Part shown: positions 10,307 to 18,625 of the stretch, piece after piece
Numbering within the stretch: the first letter of the stretch is position 1
Layout: each line of letters begins with the position of its first letter
Source of the DNA: an uncultured delta proteobacterium
GTDB lineage: Bacteria > Myxococcota > Kuafuiibacteriia > Kuafuiibacteriales > Kuafuiibacteriaceae
Reading direction: 5' to 3'
Assembly: GCA_963803435.1 (NCBI GenBank)
Contig: CAWDML010000003.1
Location: 1,028,664 to 1,092,663, forward strand
DNA: 64,000 nucleotides
The notes under the pieces: model-generated
Told to the model about the DNA's origin: nothing
What the model saw: only the letters and a program-made list of their open reading frames with translations
Database searches by the model: none
Position numbers and translations under genes: made by a program

Positions 10307-12726
10307 GGCTCGCGATCTCGAGCTGCCTCTCGTTGGCGGTGCTCGGCGGGTGCCGGCTGAATCCGGAGTGCTTCGGCACCAGCGAGTGTCCGGACGGGAC
10401 GTTCTGCTTCGAGCAGGAGTGCGTGCCGGCCTCGCCGGACGGCGGGACGTACACCTGGTGGGGCGACGTCGAGCCGATCGTGCGGGACCGCTGCCAGACC
10501 TGTCACGACAACCCGACGGCGAACGGGGCGCCGATCTCGCTGGTGACCTACGCCGACGTGACGGCGCAGGCGAGCACCGGCGTCCCAGTGCACCGGCAGA
10601 TGTACGAGCGAGTGAAGTCGACGAGCACGCCCATGCCGCCGCCGCCCAACCCCGGCCTGTCGTCCTCCGAGATCGACATCTTCAAGACCTGGACGCGCGA
10701 GGGCGCGCCCGAGGGCGATCCACCGTTCACCTGGTATCGGGACGTGCAGCCGATCGTGGCGGGCAACTGCCTCGGGTGCCACTCGGATCCGCCGCAGAAC
10801 CAGGCGCCCATCCCGCTGGTGTCGTGGGAGAACACGCAGGTCACCGGGTCGACCAACGAGCCGGTGCACGTGATCATGGCCCGCCGGGTCGACGCGCAGA
10901 TGAGCTTCATGCCGCCGACCGGACGGCTCCCGATCGGGCAGATCAACGTGATCCGGGCGTGGTCGCGGATCGGCGCGCCGCGGGGCCGGACCACCGAGCT
11001 GCCGGACGGCGGGCTGCCGGACGTCGGGATGCCCCAGACGCCGAGCCCGCTCGAGGGCGTGGGGCAGCTGGATCAGATCTCGACCGGCTACGTGTTCCTC
11101 GACGGCCCGGACTGGCGCGCGCCCACCCGCGTGCTCGTGTTCGCGGACGTCACCGGCGACACGATCTATCAGCTGACGCCGCCCAGCACGGTGGTCCCGC
11201 TTCGAACGCCGAGCGGTCGCGCGGAGGGCCTGCGCTCGGACCCGGACGATCAGCTGGTGGCCGCTGAGCGCGAGAGCCGCTCGATCACGAGGACCGACGA
11301 CCAGGGCACTGTCACGACGGTGACGGACCGCTACAACGGCAACCGATTCAACTCCCCGAACGACATCGCCGTACGGCTGAGCGACGGCACCATCTACTTC
11401 ACTGATCCGCCGCTCGGCCTCGACGGCCGGCCGCGCGAGATCAACTTCAACGGGCTGTTCCGGATCTCGCCGGCGGGCACCGTCACCGCCGAGTGGGAGG
11501 GCCCTGAAGGCTCCGAGCCGCACGGCCTCGATCTCTCTCCCGACGAGCGCACGCTCTATCTGTCGGACTCGCGGGACTCGGTGGTGCGGGCCTTCACGGT
11601 CAACCCGGACGGCACGCTCGCGAACGAGCGGATCTTCGTCTACACGGAGGCGTCGCCGGCAGGGATCGCACCGGACGAGAACGGCAACATCTTCGTGGCG
11701 ACCGCCGCGGGCGTGCAGGTGTTCGCCGACAACGGTTGGGTGTGGGGCACGATCCCGATCCCGGAGCAGCCGACCAACCTGGCGTTCGGCGGCGACGATC
11801 GGCGCACGCTCTACGTCACCACCGCGTCGACGCTCTACGCGATCTCGGTCCAGATCCCGGGGACGGACTGGAACCGCGCGATGCCGGACGCCGGCGCCAA
11901 CCCGCTGGAGGGCGTGGGCGCGGCGGAGGCCTTCGGTCCGATGACGTACCAGTTCCTGGAGGGGCCCGACTGGGACGCGGCCAATCAAAGGCTGGTGTTC
12001 TCCGACATCAACGGGGACACCATCTACGAGTTCAGGGCGCCCGATCAGTTCAACGCGATCCGGAACCCCAGCAACATGGCGAACGGGCTGTTCGTGGAGC
12101 CGAGCGGCTCGATCCTGATGTGCGAGCACGGCGGGCGCCGCGTCGAGCGGCTGGGCACCGACATGGCGGTCTCGGTCGTCACGGACAACTACAACGGGAT
12201 GATGTTCAACTCGCCCAACGACATCACCGAGCGCAGCGACGGGACGATCTACTTCTCGGATCCGGACTACGGGCTCGCCGGCCGGCCGATGGAGCTCAAC
12301 TTCCAGGGCGTCTTCCGTCTGACGCCCGGAGGCGTGTTGACCGTCGAGTGGCAGGGCTCGCTGACCGAGCGCCCGAACGGGCTGGTGTTCTCGCCGGACG
12401 AGCAGATCCTCTACGTCACCGACACCGAGAATCGCCGCGTGTATCGCTTCGACGTGGGGACGGATGGGGCGCTGACCGGGATGGGGCTGTTCGTCGACGC
12501 GATGGGCGATACGCCCGACGGGCTCGCCATCGATCGCGACGGCAACGTCTATCTGGCCTCCAGCCTCGGGATCGAGGTCTACCGCCCCGACGGGACGCAC
12601 TGGGGGAACATCCCGGTGGCCGAGGCGCCGTCCAACGTGGTGTTCGGTGGCGCGGAGCGACGGACGCTCTACATCACGACGCCGCACCGGCTGTATCGCG
12701 TCGACGTGCCGATCCCGGCGCCCTGA
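10303..12726 (+). CDS. paralogous lipoprotein with 2x CXXCH modules and 2x SMP-30/gluconolactonase/LRE-like propellers
   Basis: ATGA start/stop overlap with the preceding paralog. MRLAISSCLSLAVLGGC lipobox. Motifs WGDVEPIVRDRCQTCH and YRDVQPIVAGNCLGCH. Propeller motifs FNSPNDIAV..DGTIYFTDP and FNSPNDITE..DGTIYFSDP. Confidence 0.8.
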   Translation: MRLAISSCLSLAVLGGCRLNPECFGTSECPDGTFCFEQECVPASPDGGTYTWWGDVEPIVRDRCQTCHDNPTANGAPISLVTYADVTAQASTGVPVHRQMYERVKSTSTPMPPPPNPGLSSSEIDIFKTWTREGAPEGDPPFTWYRDVQPIVAGNCLGCHSDPPQNQAPIPLVSWENTQVTGSTNEPVHVIMARRVDAQMSFMPPTGRLPIGQINVIRAWSRIGAPRGRTTELPDGGLPDVGMPQTPSPLEGVGQLDQISTGYVFLDGPDWRAPTRVLVFADVTGDTIYQLTPPSTVVPLRTPSGRAEGLRSDPDDQLVAAERESRSITRTDDQGTVTTVTDRYNGNRFNSPNDIAVRLSDGTIYFTDPPLGLDGRPREINFNGLFRISPAGTVTAEWEGPEGSEPHGLDLSPDERTLYLSDSRDSVVRAFTVNPDGTLANERIFVYTEASPAGIAPDENGNIFVATAAGVQVFADNGWVWGTIPIPEQPTNLAFGGDDRRTLYVTTASTLYAISVQIPGTDWNRAMPDAGANPLEGVGAAEAFGPMTYQFLEGPDWDAANQRLVFSDINGDTIYEFRAPDQFNAIRNPSNMANGLFVEPSGSILMCEHGGRRVERLGTDMAVSVVTDNYNGMMFNSPNDITERSDGTIYFSDPDYGLAGRPMELNFQGVFRLTPGGVLTVEWQGSLTERPNGLVFSPDEQILYVTDTENRRVYRFDVGTDGALTGMGLFVDAMGDTPDGLAIDRDGNVYLASSLGIEVYRPDGTHWGNIPVAEAPSNVVFGGAERRTLYITTPHRLYRVDVPIPAP

Positions 12727-12730
12727 GCGA

Positions 12731-14089
12731 TCACTTCAGGAGCGACTTCACGTCGATCGCGTCCCAGAGCGCGGCCGGGAAGCTGTTCCGCGTGACGCTG
12801 CGGCGGTGCGTGAGGGAGCGCGTCGCGTCGATGCCGAGCTTCGCGACCTTGCCGTCCGCGCCGGGACAGGAGGGATCGAGCGGCGTGCCCTGGGCACCGG
12901 CGAGGATCCGGAGATCGCGGTCGGCCTGAACGTTGAGCGCCATCGCCGAGAGGACCTGGCGGAAGTCGTGGGCGTCGACATCGTCGTCCACCACGATCAC
13001 CTGCTTCGCGTAGATGTCGCCGGACAGGATGGCGTCGATGATCCGCTCGGGCTCGTCGTCGTCTTGCTTGGCGAGCGCGACGATCGCGGTCAGGGGCGCA
13101 GCCAGCACCACGCGCGTGACGTTCGGTGAGGCGCGGCGGGCGTCCTCCAGCGTCCGGTGCTCGATCCCGAGCATCGGCAGGACCAGGTGCTCCATCTGTC
13201 CGCTCACGACGTCCTGGAAGACGGCGTCGTCCCGGTGCGCGAGCAGGCTGACGGTGAGCACGGGCGACTCGGTCTTGCCGGTGCCGTAGCCGGTGAACTC
13301 GCCGAAGGGCCCCTCCTCGATCCGCTCCTCCGGGTCGACCGTGCCCTCCAGCACGAACTCAGCGAACGCCGGCACGATCAGATCGGGCTGCGAGCGGGTG
13401 GCGGTCACCGGGAGCGCGTGTCCCAGCAGGCCTCCGATGACGTCGTACTCCTCGATGTCGGGTGAGCCGGAGTAGAGCGCGCCGAGGGCCCAGGCGGGGT
13501 GCCAGCCGATGAAGGCGGCGACGGGCATGGGTACCCCGAGCGCCCGGTACTCTTCGAAGATGCGATCGAGGTGCTTCTTCTTCTCGATGAAGATCCCGGT
13601 CCGGTTCCGTCCCGCGATCATCAGGCGGTGGAAGCTGAGGTTGATCTTCTTCGTGCCCGGATCCCGCGCCGCCACGATCGCTGCCGTGAGATACGGCGCG
13701 CCGGCGTCGTGCTCGTGATAGACGAGCTGGGGAAGGATCGAGAGGTCGACCTCGCCGCCCGTGAACACGCGGTCGTAGGCGGGGGCCTCGCCGCTCTCCT
13801 CGGGCCGGATCGGGTGCGCGCAGCCCTCGCTCCAGCGGGCCGAGAGCCCCTTGAGCGGGACGCCCATCGCCAGCGCCAGGCGGCCCTGTGAGCCCGCCAC
13901 GGAGCTCACCATGGGGAAGGCGGTGCCCGTGACCCGTTCGAAGCGGACGATCGGGGTGCGCTGGCGATCCTCCAGCTTGGCCACGATGACGGCGGTCTCG
14001 TGGCGCGGGGAGACCTCGCGTTCGATCACCAGGAGGTCGCGCGGGCGCGCTGTCTTCACTTCGTCGAGGAACGTGCGCAGGTCGCTCAC
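12731..14089 (-). CDS. UbiD-family (prFMN-dependent) decarboxylase
   Basis: A GTG start overlapping the ligase stop (GTGA) gives 452 aa. N-terminus SDLRTFLDEVKTARPRDLLVIEREVSPRHE with UbiD-like sequence throughout (FIGWHPAWALGAL, GPFGEFTGYGTGK). The 182-codon N-terminal extension in the track ORF overlaps the ligase gene and looks non-coding. Confidence 0.85.
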   Translation of the reverse strand: MSDLRTFLDEVKTARPRDLLVIEREVSPRHETAVIVAKLEDRQRTPIVRFERVTGTAFPMVSSVAGSQGRLALAMGVPLKGLSARWSEGCAHPIRPEESGEAPAYDRVFTGGEVDLSILPQLVYHEHDAGAPYLTAAIVAARDPGTKKINLSFHRLMIAGRNRTGIFIEKKKHLDRIFEEYRALGVPMPVAAFIGWHPAWALGALYSGSPDIEEYDVIGGLLGHALPVTATRSQPDLIVPAFAEFVLEGTVDPEERIEEGPFGEFTGYGTGKTESPVLTVSLLAHRDDAVFQDVVSGQMEHLVLPMLGIEHRTLEDARRASPNVTRVVLAAPLTAIVALAKQDDDEPERIIDAILSGDIYAKQVIVVDDDVDAHDFRQVLSAMALNVQADRDLRILAGAQGTPLDPSCPGADGKVAKLGIDATRSLTHRRSVTRNSFPAALWDAIDVKSLLK

Positions 14090-15582
14090 AGATCCATCTT
14101 CTCTTGGACGATCTTGGTGACGGCGGGGCGATCGATCTTCCCCGAGTTGGTCTTGGGGAGGGCGTCGACCACGTGCAGGACCCGCGGGACCCGGACGAAG
14201 GACATCGACTTGAGGCAGTGATGCCGCAGCGTGGCGAGGTCGAGCGTCCGGCCGTCGCGGAGCGCGACGCATGCGACGATGCGCTCGCCGAGATCGCGAT
14301 CGGGCACGCCCAGGACGCACGACTCCTTCACGTCGGGGTGGGCGTCGAGGACGTCCTCGATCTCCTTGGGGAAGATGCGCTCGCCCGACGACTTGATCAT
14401 CTGGCTGCTGCGGCCCACCAGAAAGAGGAAGCCCTCCGGATCGAAGCGCCCCAGATCGCCGGTGCGCAGCCGGCCGCGCTCGTCGATCCGGCCCGAGCTT
14501 CGCTCGTCGCCCGAGACGTAGCCTCTCATGATGTGCGGGCCGCTGGCGACGACCTCCCCGATCTGGCCGTTCGCGACGGGCTCGCCGTCGTCGCCCACGA
14601 CGTCGACCCGCGTGCCCGGGAGCGCGCGCCCGCACGAGCCTCGCTTCGCGAACACGTGATCCGGCCCGATGTACGTGATCCTCGGCGAGGCCTCGGTCTG
14701 CCCGTACGCGAGGTGGACCCCGACGTTGGGCAGGGCCGCCCTCAGCTGATCGAGCTCATCGACCGAGAGGGCGCCGCCGGTGATCAGGACGTACTTCAGG
14801 TCCGGGAGGCTGGCGTTGGCGAACGGCTTCATCAGCTGCTTGAAGTGGTAGGGGACGCCGGAGAAGCCGCTGACGCCGTGGTGTGCGATCTCGTCCACCA
14901 CCTGCTTGGGGAAGTGGAAGCCCGCCGAGAAGCAGAGCCGGCCGCCGACCAGCGCGTGCGTCAGGAGCTGCATCCGGCCGTGGATGAACGAGAGCGGCAC
15001 CAGCACCAGGATGCTGTCCTCGTGCGTCAGCTTCACCCACTCGTTGGCCGCGCTGACGTTCGAGATCAGGTTCGTGTGCGAGAGCATCACCCCCTTGGGA
15101 CGGCCGGTGCTCCCCGAGGTGTAGATGATGAGCGCCGGATCGTCCGGTGACACGGCCGGACGCTCGAGGCGCGGGGGGCTCGGGAGATCCGACAGCTCGC
15201 TCAGCACGCGAGCGGGCGCGTGGTGGAGGCCGTCCGGGCCCATCTTCTCGAGCAGCTTCGGCTGCGCCAGCAGCGCGCTCGGCCGGGACTCCTCGAGGAT
15301 GCCGTCGATCGTGTCGCGCGCCGCCAGGTGCGGGACGTCGACCACCTGGGCACCGAGACGCTGCACGCCCCAGAAGGCGAGCAGGGCCGGCGGCTCGTTC
15401 TCCCAGAGGATGGCCACGCGATCGCCCGGCTTCACGCCCTGGGATGCAAGGTGGCCTGCGATCCGGCCGGCCTCTTCCTCGAGCTCCGCCCAGGTGAAGC
15501 GGACCTCCTTGGGAAAGACCGCCGCCTCCCGGTCGGGCAGCTTCTCGGCGGCGGACGCCAGCAGGTCGAGGAGGAGCATCAC
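14086..15582 (-). CDS. AMP-dependent synthetase/ligase (adenylate-forming enzyme)
   Basis: 498 aa. AMP-binding core IIYTSGSTGRPKGVMLSH, YGQTE, TGDLGRFDPEGFLFLVGRSSQMIKSSGERI, and C-terminal KTNSGKIDR. Confidence 0.9.
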   Translation of the reverse strand: MMLLLDLLASAAEKLPDREAAVFPKEVRFTWAELEEEAGRIAGHLASQGVKPGDRVAILWENEPPALLAFWGVQRLGAQVVDVPHLAARDTIDGILEESRPSALLAQPKLLEKMGPDGLHHAPARVLSELSDLPSPPRLERPAVSPDDPALIIYTSGSTGRPKGVMLSHTNLISNVSAANEWVKLTHEDSILVLVPLSFIHGRMQLLTHALVGGRLCFSAGFHFPKQVVDEIAHHGVSGFSGVPYHFKQLMKPFANASLPDLKYVLITGGALSVDELDQLRAALPNVGVHLAYGQTEASPRITYIGPDHVFAKRGSCGRALPGTRVDVVGDDGEPVANGQIGEVVASGPHIMRGYVSGDERSSGRIDERGRLRTGDLGRFDPEGFLFLVGRSSQMIKSSGERIFPKEIEDVLDAHPDVKESCVLGVPDRDLGERIVACVALRDGRTLDLATLRHHCLKSMSFVRVPRVLHVVDALPKTNSGKIDRPAVTKIVQEKMDL

Positions 15583-15818
15583 TTCGTGCGTTGCTTCTCG
15601 ATGAACTGGGCCAGGCGCGCCACGGTCCCGAACTGGTCGGGCGTGATGTCGTCGAGCTCCACCTGGAAGCCGTAGTTGTCTTCCATCCAGACCACGAGCT
15701 CCATCACGGCGGTCGAGTCGACGATCTCCGTGAGGTCTGAGTGCTGCGTCAGGCCCTTCGCGGAGCTGGCGAGCTGGGTGCCGATGTATTGGATCAGAGC
15801 CTCCTCGATCGAGGACAT
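15579..15818 (-). CDS. acyl/peptidyl carrier protein
   Basis: 79 aa, acidic. Candidate phosphopantetheine site in LTEIVDSTAVMELV. The stop overlaps the ligase GTG start (GTGA). Confidence 0.8.
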   Translation of the reverse strand: MSSIEEALIQYIGTQLASSAKGLTQHSDLTEIVDSTAVMELVVWMEDNYGFQVELDDITPDQFGTVARLAQFIEKQRTK

Positions 15819-15830
15819 GCCGTGGTCATA

Positions 15831-17222
15831 CTAGAAGCGATACGCGACCGCTAGAGTGCTCTTGAGCTCGAGCAGACCGAGCGCAGCGTTCTCGAGATCT
15901 TGCTCGCCAGGCGGAACGGCCCGGGTGGGACGCTCCGAAAACGCCACACGGTCGAACCCGAGGCGGCTGTCCAGCGAGAGCCCGAGGCCGGCGAAGAGCC
16001 ACACGCGGACGGCGAAGCGGCCGCCGGCGGTGAAGCCGCCCCGGCTCCTCCCCGTGTCGGTCGGACGCTCCCGGTAGAGCGGGATGTAGCCGCCGTGCCC
16101 GCCCGCCTCGATCTCGAGCACGCGACCGATCGGGATTCGGAGCGACAGGGCCGCGACGACCGCGAGGGCGGTGGCTTCGGGGATGACGTCGAGCGGGTGT
16201 TCCTCGACCGAGGCGATCGAGAGGTGGGCGCCGAGTCCGGGGATCAGCACCGGCGCGTCGGCGGCGCCGAACGCGAACGGATAGATGATCAGCGCGAACA
16301 TGTCGAAGATGGTGCCGCGCGGCCGGCTCGAGCCCTCACCGGTGTCGATGGCGTAGCGGACCGGTTGCAGCCCGAGGTCGACAGCGACGCCGAGGCCGGC
16401 GTCGGGGATCACGAACTCGCCGCCGAGCTCGAACAGCGAGGTGGGCCCGAGGCGATAGGACAGCGACGAGTCGCCAATCGCCTCGGCGGTGACCTGCACC
16501 GAGCGGATCCAGCCGGAGCCGGCGCCCAGGCGGACGCGGCCGAGGGCGGTGCGCGACACCGGCGCGTCGGGCTCGGGGTCGGGCTCGGGCTCCGGCTCGG
16601 GGGCGACGATCCGCTCGAGCGGCGGCGGGGGATCGGAGGCGGCCAGCTCGACCGGCTCCGGCGGTGGTGGATCCGGCGGGGGATCATCCGCGATCTCGGG
16701 CTCGGGCTCGGGCTCGGGCTCGCGGTCGGCGATGGGGATCGGTGGCGCGTCGCTGGTCTCGGGGGCCTCGGGTGAGATGCGCGCGAGCGCCTCGGCTGCG
16801 ATCGCCTCGGCCGCCGCCCCGGCTCCACCGCGCCCGTAGCGCCGGGCGAATCGCAGCGACACCACGCCCGTGTCGGCGTCGATCAGCCGGGCCTTGACCG
16901 TGAACGGCGGATCGCCGGTCACCTTGGCGAGGGAGACCAACAGGAGCCAGCGCGCCCCGGCGGTCCGGGCTGCCTTTGCAAGATAGCCTGCATTGCGCGC
17001 CTTCTTGCCGCGAAGACGCAGCCGCCGCTTCCGGATCGCGAAGTCACCCTGCGGTATCAGGGCGACCTTGCCGGCCAGCGTGCCCTCCAGCGTGGACTGG
17101 ACCTTGTCGCGGCCCAGCCGCTCCGGGCCGATGGTCTCGACCACCCAGCGGCCCGCGTCCGGAACGGCGGCCATCAAGACCACCACGGCGCTCCACACGA
17201 AACCGGCCATGAAGTCGTGCAT
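15831..17222 (-). CDS. hypothetical envelope protein with Glu/Pro-rich linker and beta-barrel-like C-terminal half
   Basis: Start chosen at MHDFMAGFVWSAVVVLMAAVP (Met17 of the track ORF). EPEPEPEPE/PPPDPPPP low-complexity linker. The C-terminal part has alternating hydrophobic residues and ends ...LAVAYRF, an OM-barrel-like terminal Phe. Confidence 0.5.
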   Translation of the reverse strand: MHDFMAGFVWSAVVVLMAAVPDAGRWVVETIGPERLGRDKVQSTLEGTLAGKVALIPQGDFAIRKRRLRLRGKKARNAGYLAKAARTAGARWLLLVSLAKVTGDPPFTVKARLIDADTGVVSLRFARRYGRGGAGAAAEAIAAEALARISPEAPETSDAPPIPIADREPEPEPEPEIADDPPPDPPPPEPVELAASDPPPPLERIVAPEPEPEPDPEPDAPVSRTALGRVRLGAGSGWIRSVQVTAEAIGDSSLSYRLGPTSLFELGGEFVIPDAGLGVAVDLGLQPVRYAIDTGEGSSRPRGTIFDMFALIIYPFAFGAADAPVLIPGLGAHLSIASVEEHPLDVIPEATALAVVAALSLRIPIGRVLEIEAGGHGGYIPLYRERPTDTGRSRGGFTAGGRFAVRVWLFAGLGLSLDSRLGFDRVAFSERPTRAVPPGEQDLENAALGLLELKSTLAVAYRF

Positions 17223-17278
17223 TGTACGACGGAACCGCACGTCGCATCCCGCCCGGACTCTCACTACCATCCGCGGTC

Positions 17279-18625
17279 GTGCTGCGGTTCATCTGGCCGG
17301 CCGCGCTCCTGTTGGGCTGCGTGCCCGAGGGAATCCAGTATCCGAACCCCACCGACGGGGGAACGTCGCCCGACGCCGAGACGATGGTCGACGGGGACGC
17401 AGGTCCACCCGGCGACAGCGGTGGGGTCCCGGACAGCGGTCCGGCCGGCCAGCTCGTGATCCGCGCGGGCGGCGTGCCGGTCGATCCCGGCGGCACCTTC
17501 GACTTCGGCCCCCTCGGCGTGGGCGGTACGCGCACCGTGGTGTTCACGATCGACAACGGTACCGCGGCGGCGGTGACGCTGACCGGCTCGCCGCCGGTCG
17601 CGATCTCTGGGGCTGGGGCCGCCGCCTTCACGGCGACGCCGCCGTCGGCCACCTCCGTCGCCCCGGGCGCGAGCGCCGACTTCTCCATCGCCGCCGCACC
17701 GACCGCCACCGGTCCGCTCTCCGCGGCGGTCAGCGTCGCCTACGACGGCGGCGCCTACGACTTCAGTGTCTCGGTGACGGGACGCCCGCCGGGCGTCTGG
17801 GTGGGCGTCGGCAACAACGGCCGGCGCGCGCTGTCCCTCGACGGCGCCGCCTGGTCGAACGAGCAGACGTTCGGCGGCAGCGACGACTCGAACCTGTTCC
17901 GGACCGTCGGCTTCGGCAACGGCGTGTTCGTCGCCGCTGGCGGCGGGCAGAACGGCCTCCTGTATTGGAGCGAGAACGGCGTCGACTGGACCGACGCCAG
18001 CGACACGCTGGGATGGTTCGGCGGGATCGCGTTCGGCAACGGAATGTTCCTGGCCGTGGGGTCGAATGGGCGCTATCTCACCAGCACCAACGGCAAGAGC
18101 TGGGGCGGCGGGGATCGCGACTTCGCGCAGCACTTCCGCGCCGTCGCGTTCGGCAACGGGGAGTTCGTGCTGGTGGGCGACGAGGGTCGGCGCACCAGCA
18201 CCACGAACGGCGCCGACTTCACACCGACCGTGCTGGGCGGTGATCGACTCACGGCGGTCGTCTACACCGGCGATCGATTCGTGGCGGTGGGCCTCAACGG
18301 CCGCCGCGTGGTCTCGATGGACGGCGAGAGCTGGATGTTCGATCAGATCGCCACCGACGGGCTTGGGTTCTTCGACGTGGCCTATGGCAACGGTCGCGTC
18401 ATCGCCGTCGGCGGCATTGGCGTGGTGGTATCGGAGGACGGCGGCGAGACGTGGACGCAGGATCGCGGCGCTCCGCTCATGAACGCGTTGACCTACGGCA
18501 ACGGACAGTTCGTCGGCACGGGCGACTTCGACGGGGTTGTCTTCACCTCGGGCGACGGCGTCAGCTGGACCCGCCACGACAACGCGGGCCCCGCCGGGTT
18601 CACCAAGATCGCCTACGGTGAGTGA
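17279..18625 (+). CDS. lipoprotein with N-terminal Ig/ASH-like domain and 7 repeats of a (F/Y)GNGxFVAVG beta-propeller motif
   Basis: GTG at 17279 gives MLRFIWPAALLLGC (lipobox). Repeats seen: FGNGVFVAAGG, FGNGMFLAVGSNG, FGNGEFVLVGDEG, YTGDRFVAVGLNG, YGNGRVIAVGGIG, YGNGQFVGTGDFDG, each followed by S.DG..W. Confidence 0.6.
   Translation: MLRFIWPAALLLGCVPEGIQYPNPTDGGTSPDAETMVDGDAGPPGDSGGVPDSGPAGQLVIRAGGVPVDPGGTFDFGPLGVGGTRTVVFTIDNGTAAAVTLTGSPPVAISGAGAAAFTATPPSATSVAPGASADFSIAAAPTATGPLSAAVSVAYDGGAYDFSVSVTGRPPGVWVGVGNNGRRALSLDGAAWSNEQTFGGSDDSNLFRTVGFGNGVFVAAGGGQNGLLYWSENGVDWTDASDTLGWFGGIAFGNGMFLAVGSNGRYLTSTNGKSWGGGDRDFAQHFRAVAFGNGEFVLVGDEGRRTSTTNGADFTPTVLGGDRLTAVVYTGDRFVAVGLNGRRVVSMDGESWMFDQIATDGLGFFDVAYGNGRVIAVGGIGVVVSEDGGETWTQDRGAPLMNALTYGNGQFVGTGDFDGVVFTSGDGVSWTRHDNAGPAGFTKIAYGE

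Noticed and set aside
7745-12687. 671-aa and 856-aa minus-strand ORFs (7745-9760 and 10117-12687), plus out-of-frame plus-strand ORFs, over the propeller lipoprotein genes
   Set aside because: The Arg/Pro/His-rich low-complexity translations overlap two genes with strong, repeated family motifs. They are shadow ORFs.
14090-14635. N-terminal 182-codon extension of the UbiD ORF in the track (12731-14635)
   Set aside because: The extension is Arg/Pro/Gly junk and lies inside the AMP-ligase gene in another frame. UbiD-family homology begins exactly at the GTG that overlaps the ligase stop.
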